A stretch of 32,000 bases of DNA from Thermococcus kodakarensis KOD1 (GTDB taxonomy: Archaea > Methanobacteriota_B > Thermococci > Thermococcales > Thermococcaceae): contig NC_006624.1 of assembly GCF_000009965.1 (NCBI RefSeq), forward strand, positions 2,056,738 through 2,088,737. The letters run 5' to 3'. The notes under the pieces are model-generated. The model ran no database searches. It was given only the letters and a program-made list of their open reading frames with translations, and was not told the origin of the DNA. Position 1 is the first letter of the stretch, and the number at the start of each line of letters is the position of its first letter. A program made the translations under genes and the position numbers. Shown here in pieces: positions 8,094 through 16,712 of this stretch.

Positions 8094-9392
8094 TTAAATA
8101 GTTTTCGGATGTGAAACTTTCTTGACGACGAAATACAGGGTTAGTGCAACCCTAAAGTTCGTCAGTACGGCAAGGGTCAGGAAGAGTGCCTTTATCGAGG
8201 CCGCAATCTGATACAGCAGGAAGAGCATCGTCAGGAATACTCTCTCGTCCCTTTTTCCGGGCAGTTTTCTGAGGGCCGGTACCTCCTTGTAGGCGTCCCT
8301 GCAGAAGGCTCCCCTGAATCTCTCCGTTGAGTAGCTGACCATCACCGAGCCGAGGAGGGCTAGCAGTGCCACGAAGTACCAGATTGGCTCGTTTATCGTC
8401 GCATAGGCCAGCAGTGCCAGGAAGCTTCCGTCAACGTAGCGGTCGAGGATTGAATCAACGTAGCCGCCGAGCTTACTTGTCCTCAACTGTGCCCTTGCGA
8501 GCTCTCCATCAATGCCGTCAAGGATTGAGCTGAGCTGGTAGAGTATTCCCGCCAGCGGAAGGCTTACCAGTGTCGTCAACGCCGAGATAATGCCGAGTAA
8601 GAACGTTACAACCGTCATCTGGTTCGGCGTAACTTTCTCTACCAGCAGTTCACTGACCCTCGTTGAAATCCTCCTGTTCAGGTGTCTGCTGACGAACCCG
8701 TCCCCCGTTCCCTTTACTGCGGTTCTGACGAGCATCCTCCTTGCCCTCTTGATCTCTTCGGGGGTGTCAACGTCCGTCCAGCCGAGTCCGTCAACGAAGG
8801 TCACTGAAACCTTTGCCCGTTCCATAACCTCGCTCAGGGAGTAGTCGCCGTTCTTCTCATTTTCGAGGATCTCTGTAACCTTGAAAATCTCATCATCGAG
8901 GACGAAGAACCCAGTATCAATTGCATCCCATTCCTTGAGCCTTTTCCCGATTTTCCAGACCTTTTCGTCCTTTACCTGAACTTTCGTTGCCTCCCCAATA
9001 TCAACCCATCTCGGCTCCCTGTCCGCTATTAGTCCTCGCCCTCTTACTGCCCTCTCGATGAAGTCCCTGGAATAGACATGGTCGCTCATTGTCAGTGCGA
9101 ACTTCCCTGAGACTTTCTCCTTGGCAAGGTGAAGGGAATGGCCGTTGCCCTTCTCCGGCTCGGGGTTTATGATGATTTCAGCGTCAAAGCCGTGCCTCTC
9201 TATGAACTCCTGATAAAGGGGTGCGTACCTCTCGTTGGTGACCACAATGAACTTTTTAACACCGTTTTCCTGGAGCAGCCTTATTGTCCTGTACAGAATC
9301 TCCCTCCCGGCTACTCTGACAAGTCCCTTGGGCTTTCTACCCATCCTTGTCCCGAGGCCAGCCGCTAGGATTACTGCCCTCTCTGGAACCAT
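8094..9392 (-). CDS. Bifunctional CTP:inositol-1-phosphate cytidylyltransferase / di-myo-inositol-phosphate-phosphate synthase (IPCT/DIPPS)
   Basis: The N-terminal nucleotidyltransferase motif is AVILAAGLGTRMG. The C-terminal membrane domain carries the CDP-alcohol phosphatidyltransferase motif DGIDGELARAQLRTSKLGGYVDSILDRYVD. ATG 9392 is preferred (AGGTGA 6 nt upstream); ATG 9398 and TTG 9422 are alternatives. Confidence 0.9.
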   Translation of the reverse strand: MVPERAVILAAGLGTRMGRKPKGLVRVAGREILYRTIRLLQENGVKKFIVVTNERYAPLYQEFIERHGFDAEIIINPEPEKGNGHSLHLAKEKVSGKFALTMSDHVYSRDFIERAVRGRGLIADREPRWVDIGEATKVQVKDEKVWKIGKRLKEWDAIDTGFFVLDDEIFKVTEILENEKNGDYSLSEVMERAKVSVTFVDGLGWTDVDTPEEIKRARRMLVRTAVKGTGDGFVSRHLNRRISTRVSELLVEKVTPNQMTVVTFLLGIISALTTLVSLPLAGILYQLSSILDGIDGELARAQLRTSKLGGYVDSILDRYVDGSFLALLAYATINEPIWYFVALLALLGSVMVSYSTERFRGAFCRDAYKEVPALRKLPGKRDERVFLTMLFLLYQIAASIKALFLTLAVLTNFRVALTLYFVVKKVSHPKTI

Positions 9393-9494
9393 GGCCATCA
9401 CCTTTTTAACGGCCCTCTCCAAGAGCCGTCAGAAGGACTCAAACGCTCGAGATTAAATTAACCCTTAGTATTTAAAAATTTTCGGGTGAGCAAA

Positions 9495-10181
9495 ATGCGC
9501 GTTGCGGTCCTCTACTCAGGCGGGAAAGACTCGAACTACGCCCTCTACTGGGCGCTGAAGCAGGGGTTTGAGGTGAAGTACCTCGTCTCAATGGTGAGCG
9601 AGAGCGACGAGAGCTACATGTACCACGTCCCAAACATACACCTCACTGAACTTCAGGCAAGGGCAATAGGGATTCCCCTCGTCAAGGGTTTCACCTCCGG
9701 AGAGAAGGAGAAGGAAGTCGAGGACATGAAGGCCGTCCTTGAGGGGCTGAAGATTGATGGAGTCGTTGTAGGCGCTTTGGCGAGCGAGTACCAGAAGCAG
9801 AGAGTAGATAGGGTCGCCAAAGAGCTTGGAATAGAGAGTTTTGCCCCCGCATGGCACAGAGACCCTGTGGACTACATGAGGGAGATCATAGGCATCTTTG
9901 ACGTGGTCATAGTCGGAACAGCGGCTTACGGTCTTGACCAGAACTGGCTCGGAAGAAGGATAGATGAGAAGGCCCTGGAAGAGCTGATAAAGCTCAACGA
10001 AAAGTACAAGGTCCACGTTGCTGGGGAAGGCGGTGAGTTTGAGACCTTCGTGAGGGACGCGCCGTTCTTTAGGGCAAGGGTTGTCTTTGACGAGGTCGAG
10101 AAGAAGTGGAACGAGTGCAGTTATTCGGGAGTTCTAGAGGTAAGGAGTGCACACTTAGAGCCGAAAGGCAGTTCTTGGTAG
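9495..10181 (+). CDS. dph6: Diphthine-ammonia ligase (Dph6 / MJ0570-type PP-loop ATPase)
   Basis: PP-loop VLYSGGKDS and conserved [13 protein letters not shown] 9495 is preferred over GTG 9486, which lies inside the GGGTGAG SD. Confidence 0.8.
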   Translation: MRVAVLYSGGKDSNYALYWALKQGFEVKYLVSMVSESDESYMYHVPNIHLTELQARAIGIPLVKGFTSGEKEKEVEDMKAVLEGLKIDGVVVGALASEYQKQRVDRVAKELGIESFAPAWHRDPVDYMREIIGIFDVVIVGTAAYGLDQNWLGRRIDEKALEELIKLNEKYKVHVAGEGGEFETFVRDAPFFRARVVFDEVEKKWNECSYSGVLEVRSAHLEPKGSSW

Positions 10182-10245
10182 TACAGTTGCCAATTCATGA
10201 AAATATTTATAATCTTCTTCTCCTTTTTACGTTGGGTGGTTGTTT

Positions 10246-11007
10246 ATGATAATCATAGAAGACCTTGTTAAGAGCTTCGGACCGACGACAGCAGTGAGGG
10301 GAATAAGCTTCTCCGTGAACGATGGCGAGATATACGGCCTTCTTGGACCTAACGGGAGCGGTAAATCGACGACGATGAAGATAGTGGCTGGAATAATACC
10401 GCCCACGTCGGGAAAGGTAACGGTAAATGGAATTGACGTTTCTGCTAATCCTCTCAAAGTTAAGGAAATCGCAGGATACATCCCTGAGACTCCAGCACTT
10501 TACGAAAGCCTCACTCCAATGGAGTTCTTCTCATTCGTCGGAAGCATAAGACGAGTTCCCAAGGAGGAGCTTGAAGAGAGGGTTGAAAAGCTCTCCAGGG
10601 CCTTTGGGATAGATTCCTTCCTCGGGGAGCTAATAGGGACGCTCAGCTTTGGTACGAAGCAGAAGGTTTCGATAATCTCCGCCCTCCTCCACGATCCTGA
10701 GGTTCTCGTTCTCGATGAGGCTGTAAACGGGCTCGACCCAAAGAGCGCAAGGATTCTGAAGGAGCTACTCCTTGACTTCAAGAAACGGGGGAGGAGCATA
10801 CTCTTCTCGACCCATGTATTAGAGGTCGCGGAGGCGCTCTGCGACAGGATAGGGATCATCTACCGCGGCGAGATCGTCGCCGAGGGGACTCCAAAGGAGC
10901 TTAAGGAATTCACAAAGGAGGAGAGCCTTGAAGAGGTATTCCTGAAGCTCACCGAGGGCAAGAGCGAGGTGGAGGGCATAGTAAAAGCCCTAAGGGAGGC
11001 GTTCTGA
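10246..11007 (+). CDS. ABC transporter ATP-binding protein
   Basis: Walker A GPNGSGKST, signature LSFGTKQK, Walker B VLVLDEAVNGLD. ATG 10246 follows a GGGTGG SD. Confidence 0.92.
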   Translation: MIIIEDLVKSFGPTTAVRGISFSVNDGEIYGLLGPNGSGKSTTMKIVAGIIPPTSGKVTVNGIDVSANPLKVKEIAGYIPETPALYESLTPMEFFSFVGSIRRVPKEELEERVEKLSRAFGIDSFLGELIGTLSFGTKQKVSIISALLHDPEVLVLDEAVNGLDPKSARILKELLLDFKKRGRSILFSTHVLEVAEALCDRIGIIYRGEIVAEGTPKELKEFTKEESLEEVFLKLTEGKSEVEGIVKALREAF

Positions 11008-12461
11008 TGAAAGTCCTTGAAGTCCTCTACCGCGAGGTCGTTTACAGGAGGATGAAGGACAACCCGCGTTCGGCGGGCAAGATTTCCCTCGGTCTCGGCT
11101 CTTCCGGAGACCTGAAAAAGACGCTCCTGTTTCAGACAGCTATGTATGCCGTTTTCGGCCTGATGCTCTTCCCTTCGCTCAAAGGAGAGCGTGATGCAGT
11201 GCTTGTGATGGCCTCCACGTACGCCATCCTGCCGTTCATAATAGCTTTCTATGCCACGGTTACGAATTCTAGTTACATAGCTTCGCTCGACCTTTTCAAG
11301 CCCCTCCTTCCGCTCCCGATTAAACTCGGCGGGAGGTATATGAGCGTTCTCCTGCTCCTCGAATCGCTCCCAGTGATGGCTTTCATGGTTCCAGGGGCCG
11401 TCAGGATTGGGATGGTCGTTTCGGCTACATCCGGGTTGTTAGTACTCCTTTGGTCTGCCGTAGGCCTGATGCTCGGCCACGTTTTTGGGCTGCTCGTTTA
11501 CTACTCCTTTGGGAAGACCTCCTCCGGAAGGTTCGCGGACCTCAAGAGTCTGGCTAAGGCACTGGGAGTCATCCTAATATTCGGCCTCTTCTACGGCTTC
11601 AGCTACTTCCAGGATTACGTCCTCCAGAACTACACCTCCATCAAGGAGTCCCTCGGCGGTTACGAGTTTATCTACCCGCTCTCCGTACTTTCCGTGGACA
11701 GGCCGTCGTTTTCGGCACCGCTCGCTGGAATCTACATCGCTATCCTGGGGGTTGCCTACTATGTCCTTATCTCCCGCCTCTGGGTGAGGATAAGCGAGGG
11801 TTCTTACACAAGTGGAAGAAGGAGGAGAGCGGGCGGACTCGGGGTGTATCCGCCTGAGCTGGCTCTGATGGTGAAGGATTTCAAGACCGCGCTGAGGAAC
11901 ACACCCGTCCTTACGGGCCTGCTGGTGCCCATAGTTATCCCCATCATAAACGTGGCGGGAATTTTTTCGAATCCAGATATCGGGGCGTTCGGGGGCAGGC
12001 TCGCAACCATAACTTTCGTGGCGGCGCTCGGCTGGGTCTCTGCGGTGTCCGTGGAAACCCTCACCAAAATAGAGGTGAAGTCTTTCGAGCTCCTCCTTTC
12101 CCTTCCGCTTGAGCGGGGTCGGTTCCTCAGAGGCAAGCTCCTGACTATGGCGGCGATTCCATCGGCGGTGGGGGTCTTGGCGCTGCTCGGCCTGTCCCTT
12201 AAGGGTTTTTCATCCCCGATCTACCTTCCAATGGCCGTCCTCGTCCCGCTGGCAACGTGCGGCATCGCCCTCCATGTGTACTACCACGGCACAGAGGGCC
12301 TGGCCCTGCCTCAGGGCGGCATTTTGAAGAGCCTGGCAGTGTGGATCCTAAACGCGGTGGTAGTCGGCATCATAGCCGGTTCTTGGTACCTCTCGTATCC
12401 AATCGCCCTTCTCCTGACGGCTGCAATAGATGCCCTCCTTCTCTGGAGCCTTAACAGGTGA
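11007..12461 (+). CDS. Polytopic membrane protein, putative fused (internally duplicated) ABC-2-like permease
   Basis: 484 aa with many hydrophobic segments. It is start-coupled to the ATPase stop (TGATG at 11005-11009). The two halves each open with a similar amphipathic or basic segment (MKVLEVLYREVVYRRMKDNP / PELALMVKDFKTALRNTP). No substrate-binding protein gene is nearby, so it is probably an exporter. Confidence 0.6.
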   Translation: MKVLEVLYREVVYRRMKDNPRSAGKISLGLGSSGDLKKTLLFQTAMYAVFGLMLFPSLKGERDAVLVMASTYAILPFIIAFYATVTNSSYIASLDLFKPLLPLPIKLGGRYMSVLLLLESLPVMAFMVPGAVRIGMVVSATSGLLVLLWSAVGLMLGHVFGLLVYYSFGKTSSGRFADLKSLAKALGVILIFGLFYGFSYFQDYVLQNYTSIKESLGGYEFIYPLSVLSVDRPSFSAPLAGIYIAILGVAYYVLISRLWVRISEGSYTSGRRRRAGGLGVYPPELALMVKDFKTALRNTPVLTGLLVPIVIPIINVAGIFSNPDIGAFGGRLATITFVAALGWVSAVSVETLTKIEVKSFELLLSLPLERGRFLRGKLLTMAAIPSAVGVLALLGLSLKGFSSPIYLPMAVLVPLATCGIALHVYYHGTEGLALPQGGILKSLAVWILNAVVVGIIAGSWYLSYPIALLLTAAIDALLLWSLNR

Positions 12462-12807
12462 TGTGGAATATTCCCAGCACTTTTTTCTTTCCATAGAGTT
12501 CGTTGAAGACTTCGACGGCCTTTTTGGTTGGGAGTTCAAGGACTTCTTTCCCTTTTATGAGTTCTCTGCTCTCAGGTAGGAGTGACAGCTTTCCGTACAT
12601 CCCAGTTCCCACAACGAGAACGTCAAAGTCCTCGGTTAGGTATTCTTTCAGTTCCTCGGGGTCGAGCTTGTGGCTCGTCCCGTGTTTTTGCTTGCTTATT
12701 TTCTTCTTCCTGCGCTCGACCTTTCCGCTTGGATAGAGGACGATGTCGTGCTCGTAGGTGGCTCCATCAACGATTATCTTCCCGAAAGCGGGGTATTCGA
12801 GCCTCAT
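12451..12807 (-). CDS. Mth938-domain protein (function unknown)
   Basis: 118 aa. The FGKIIVDGATYEHDIVLYPSG...VLVVGTGMYG pattern is typical of the Mth938/DUF498 fold family. The start lies 4 nt after the Nudix stop. Confidence 0.65.
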   Translation of the reverse strand: MRLEYPAFGKIIVDGATYEHDIVLYPSGKVERRKKKISKQKHGTSHKLDPEELKEYLTEDFDVLVVGTGMYGKLSLLPESRELIKGKEVLELPTKKAVEVFNELYGKKKVLGIFHITC

Positions 12808-12811
12808 GCTC

Positions 12812-13315
12812 TCACCTCAGACTGAGCGCGTCCCTGAGTATCTCCCCGTGGTCAAATGCCAGTGGGAGGTTCAGGGCTTCCTCTATCGGGAACACGAAGA
12901 CTTCCTTGGCGTCGTCGCCTGCCTTCAGCTCTCCCTCCCCGATGCAGAGGAAAGCAACCGTTACCGTGTGTCCTCTGGGGTCCCTGTCGGGCCTTGAATA
13001 AACGCCCACTAGCTTCACTGGCTTCACGTCAAGTCCCGTCTCTTCCTTAACCTCACGCAGAAGGGCCTCCTCAACGGTCTCGCCGTATTCGACGAAGCCT
13101 CCTGGAAGGGCGTAGTGGTCTTTGAAGGGCTCGTTTTTCCGCTTTATCAGGACGATTCCATTGTTGTACACTATCACGGCATCGACCGTAAGGCCGATAC
13201 ACCTGTGGGTCTCTGCTTCAAAGCCGTATTTCTCTGCCAGCGCCTTTGCTTCGTCTCTAAAGGAAGATAAGTCGGCCCCTCTCGGGGCCTTAACCAGAAG
13301 AACGTACCTGTCCAT
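12812..13315 (-). CDS. Nudix hydrolase (ADP-ribose pyrophosphatase type)
   Basis: Nudix box [24 protein letters not shown]. The start is moved from 13351 to ATG 13315 (MDRYVLLV...). GAGGTGG lies 5 nt upstream of 13315, and the first 12 codons of the track ORF are the C' box, guide and D box of the sRNA listed next. Confidence 0.85.
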   Translation of the reverse strand: MDRYVLLVKAPRGADLSSFRDEAKALAEKYGFEAETHRCIGLTVDAVIVYNNGIVLIKRKNEPFKDHYALPGGFVEYGETVEEALLREVKEETGLDVKPVKLVGVYSRPDRDPRGHTVTVAFLCIGEGELKAGDDAKEVFVFPIEEALNLPLAFDHGEILRDALSLR

Positions 13316-13320
13316 TGAAA

Positions 13321-13380
13321 CCACCTCAGGGAAGTCCCTTCTCATCATCATTCAGCGTGCTGACGTTTCATCATCGGTGT
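13321..13380 (-). ncRNA. C/D-box sRNA (2'-O-methylation guide)
   Basis: The minus strand reads ACACCG-ATGATGA-AACGTCAGCACG-CTGA-ATG-ATGATGA-GAAGGGACTTCC-CTGA-GGTGG. The parts are: C box 13374-13368, 12-nt guide, D' box 13355-13352, 3-nt spacer, C' box 13348-13342, 12-nt guide, D box 13329-13326. The terminal stem is CACC/GGTG. All four boxes are consensus and both spacers are exactly 12 nt. Confidence 0.85.
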
Positions 13381-13400
13381 TGGGAGTTGGAAGAGGGGGT

Positions 13401-14342
<942 letters not shown>

Positions 14343-14344
14343 CT

Positions 14345-14692
14345 ATGAAACGCCTGGGAGTTGTTTCTCACTACGCGAAGCAGGGCTTTCTCATAGTTAG
14401 GACGAACTGGGTGCCGTCGCTTAATGACCCAGTTGTCGACAAGGAACTGAAGCCCGTCGGAGTAGTCAAGGATGTTTTTGGTCCGGTTAATTATCCCTAT
14501 GTCGCCGTTAAGCCTCGGGTTAAAGATCCCGAGAAGTACGTTGGTGCCCTTCTCTACGTTGGCAGGCGGGAAAAAGGTGGCAAGAAGGCCCCCCAGAAAG
14601 GAAAGACTAGCGGTAAAAACAGATCTCCAAAGAAGGCTAGAAAAGGTAAGACTGGCAAGCGTTCCGGCCCCACCCCCAGGAGAAGGGGGTGA
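14345..14692 (+). CDS. gar1: H/ACA RNP protein Gar1 with a long Lys/Arg/Gly-rich C-terminal tail
   Basis: [57 protein letters not shown] is the archaeal Gar1 core. About 42 basic residues follow it. Confidence 0.9.
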   Translation: MKRLGVVSHYAKQGFLIVRTNWVPSLNDPVVDKELKPVGVVKDVFGPVNYPYVAVKPRVKDPEKYVGALLYVGRREKGGKKAPQKGKTSGKNRSPKKARKGKTGKRSGPTPRRRG

Positions 14693-15609
14693 GAGGGATT
14701 AGCCCGAAGAGGGTATGCCCTATTTGCGGTTCGACCGAATTTATATACGACCCGCGAAGGGGAGAGATAGTCTGTGCCAAGTGCGGCTACGTAATTGAGG
14801 AGAACGTAGTGGATGAGGGGCCGGAGTGGAGGGCGTTCGAGCCAGGTCAGAGGGAAAAGCGCGCCAGAACAGGGGCGCCCATGACGTTGATGATCCACGA
14901 CAAAGGCCTTTCTACGGATATAGACTGGCGCGACAAGGATATACACGGGAACCAGATAACCGGCATGTACAGGAACAAGCTTAGAAGGCTCCGCATGTGG
15001 CAGCGCAGGATGCGCATCAACGACGCCGCCGAGAGAAACCTTGCATTCGCCCTCAGCGAGCTTGACAGGATGGCCGCCCAGCTCCGCCTGCCGAGGCACC
15101 TTAAGGAGGTCGCCGCTTCCCTCTACAGGAAGGCGGTCATGAAGAAGCTCATCCGCGGCCGTTCAATAGAGGGTATGGTCTCTGCCGCACTCTACGCCGC
15201 CTGCAGGATGGAGGGCATTCCAAGAACGCTGGACGAGATTGCATCGGTATCCAAGGTCTCAAAGAAGGAAATTGGGAGGAGCTACCGCTTTATGGCCAGG
15301 GGGTTAGGTTTGAACCTCAGGCCAACCAGCCCAATAGAGTACGTTGACCGCTTTGGCGACGCCCTTGGAGTGAGTGCCAGGACTAAGAAGAGGGCCAAGG
15401 AAATCCTGAACGAGGCTATAAAGCGCGGGATAACCAGCGGTAAGGGCCCAACGGGTCTCGCCGCGGCGGCTCTCTACATAGCGGCTCTCCTTGAGGGCGA
15501 AAAGAAGACGCAGAGGGAAGTCGCTGAAGTTGCTCACGTAACCGAAGTAACCGTCAGGAACCGCTATAAGGAGCTCGTTGAAAAGCTCGGCATAAACGTC
15601 CCGATATGA
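14689..15609 (+). CDS. tfb: Transcription initiation factor B (TFB; TFB2 paralogue by synteny)
   Basis: Zn ribbon [25 protein letters not shown]-reader PEWRAF...HDKGLST and two cyclin repeats. The GTG start overlaps the gar1 stop (GTGA at 14689-14692). Confidence 0.95.
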   Translation: MRGISPKRVCPICGSTEFIYDPRRGEIVCAKCGYVIEENVVDEGPEWRAFEPGQREKRARTGAPMTLMIHDKGLSTDIDWRDKDIHGNQITGMYRNKLRRLRMWQRRMRINDAAERNLAFALSELDRMAAQLRLPRHLKEVAASLYRKAVMKKLIRGRSIEGMVSAALYAACRMEGIPRTLDEIASVSKVSKKEIGRSYRFMARGLGLNLRPTSPIEYVDRFGDALGVSARTKKRAKEILNEAIKRGITSGKGPTGLAAAALYIAALLEGEKKTQREVAEVAHVTEVTVRNRYKELVEKLGINVPI

Positions 15610-15618
15610 GGGATACCC

Positions 15619-16113
15619 TTGAAGGTGGCAGTAGTAAGTGACACTCACTACGGGGACAAGACGAGAAACCTCCCTACTCTTTTATTTGAACACCTCATGA
15701 AAATCCAGCCAGAGCTTATTCTCCATGCAGGCGACATAACCAGCCCTGAGCTTCTTGAGAAGCTTGAGGAGATCGCCCCAACACTCGCCGTCAGGGGAAA
15801 CGTTGACAGGCTTAACCTTCCCGAGGAAGAGGTCGTCGAGGCCGAAGACGTAAAGATAGGCATGATCCACGGCCATCAGCTGCTCTCTCTGAACGCCCAC
15901 TTCCTAACTCTCAAGGCCCTCGAGATGGACGTTGACGTTCTTGTTTTCGGTCACACTCATAGATACTATTATGATATACACTCCCTTTATGGCAAAAAAG
16001 TTATTCTGCTCAATCCGGGGTCGCCGGTGTTTCCCAGGATGGATTCCCCAGGCTTTGCTGTTCTCAAGTTCTCCGGAGAAAACGTGGGTGTTGAGAGAAT
16101 AACGTTCTGGTAG
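15619..16113 (+). CDS. MJ0936/YfcE-family metallophosphoesterase
   Basis: VVSDTHYG, HAGD, GNVD, GHQ and FGHTH motifs occur in the calcineurin-like order. The start is TTG 15619 or GTG 15625. Confidence 0.8.
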   Translation: MKVAVVSDTHYGDKTRNLPTLLFEHLMKIQPELILHAGDITSPELLEKLEEIAPTLAVRGNVDRLNLPEEEVVEAEDVKIGMIHGHQLLSLNAHFLTLKALEMDVDVLVFGHTHRYYYDIHSLYGKKVILLNPGSPVFPRMDSPGFAVLKFSGENVGVERITFW

Positions 16114-16156
16114 GCTTCAGAAAGGTTGTGAAAAGGCAAAGAGGCAAAAAGCGCCA

Positions 16157-16360
16157 TCAGCTCTTGATGGCAAGCTTGATGTCCTCAGCCTTGACGGTCT
16201 TTCTGCCGGCGTGCTGGGCGAGGGCGACGGCCTTCTTGGCGATCTCCAGGGCCTTCTCCTCAAGGTGCTCGGCGAGAACCTTGGCGGCCTCCTCGCTGAC
16301 GCGGGCGGCACCGGCCTTCCTTATAAGCCTGTCAACCGGGGCAATCGGAAGCTCGGCCAT
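16157..16360 (-). CDS. Archaeal histone (HMf family; matches my recollection of HTkB)
   Basis: 67 aa. [67 protein letters not shown] is a complete histone fold. An AAGGAGGTG SD lies upstream. Confidence 0.95.
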   Translation of the reverse strand: MAELPIAPVDRLIRKAGAARVSEEAAKVLAEHLEEKALEIAKKAVALAQHAGRKTVKAEDIKLAIKS

Positions 16361-16421
16361 TCACAACACCTCCTTTATGGTTGTCTGCAGAGTTCTGCGT
16401 TCTAAATTAGGAGCAAAGGCC

Positions 16422-16437
16422 TATATAAATCTTTCGG
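16422..16437 (-). promoter_or_regulatory. BRE/TATA of the histone promoter
   Basis: The minus strand reads CCGAAAGA-TTTATATA, about 60 nt upstream of ATG 16360. Confidence 0.55.
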
Positions 16438-16658
16438 AAAAGGACGGTTATGGGGCCAGCTTTCTGGCGATTTTGGGTGGGATAGTTAGAAATTTGGCCG
16501 GGAAAACTTATTGACTTATAAGGTCAAAAACTGAGAGTTTTTAACCGTCATCTGATTTAGACATGAAAACGCCCCGATTGGCCTAATAAACTCTCATTAA
16601 GCTCCGCTGTCCAATATCTTTTCTGTAAAATTGTGTGCTTAGGTGGCCAAATCTGTCC

Positions 16659-16673
16659 AGAAAACTTTTTATG
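16659..16673 (+). promoter_or_regulatory. BRE/TATA of the RuBisCO promoter
   Basis: AGAAAAC-TTTTTATG lies about 40 nt before ATG 16713. The SD GGGGTGA is at 16701-16707. Confidence 0.5.
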
Positions 16674-16712
16674 TGTGTCAATGTAACGTTAAATTTACCT
16701 GGGGTGAAAGGC

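Noticed and set aside
9168-9214. A C-box-like ATGATGA followed 36 nt later by CTGA. Other isolated RUGAUGA matches occur at 6112, 7121 and 19609 (plus strand) and at 8888 and 28270 (minus strand).
   Set aside because: None has a properly spaced D' box, C' box and D box or a terminal stem. All are inside coding sequence. Only the 13321-13380 locus satisfies the full architecture.
12451-12461. An 11-nt overlap of the convergent 3' ends of the permease and Mth938 genes
   Set aside because: The overlap is real in the sequence. However, short convergent overlaps are common in compact archaeal genomes, and I see no associated structure.
16128-16514. A 128-aa plus-strand ORF covering the histone gene and its promoter
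   Set aside because: It is antisense to a bona fide histone gene, is Ala/Ser/Leu-rich, and has no translation signals.
16635-16712. A 26-codon N-terminal extension of the RuBisCO ORF (MLRWPNLSRKLF...)
   Set aside because: It would begin inside the promoter (TATA at 16666-16673). The internal ATG 16713 has a GGGGTGA SD and gives the known MVEKFD N-terminus.
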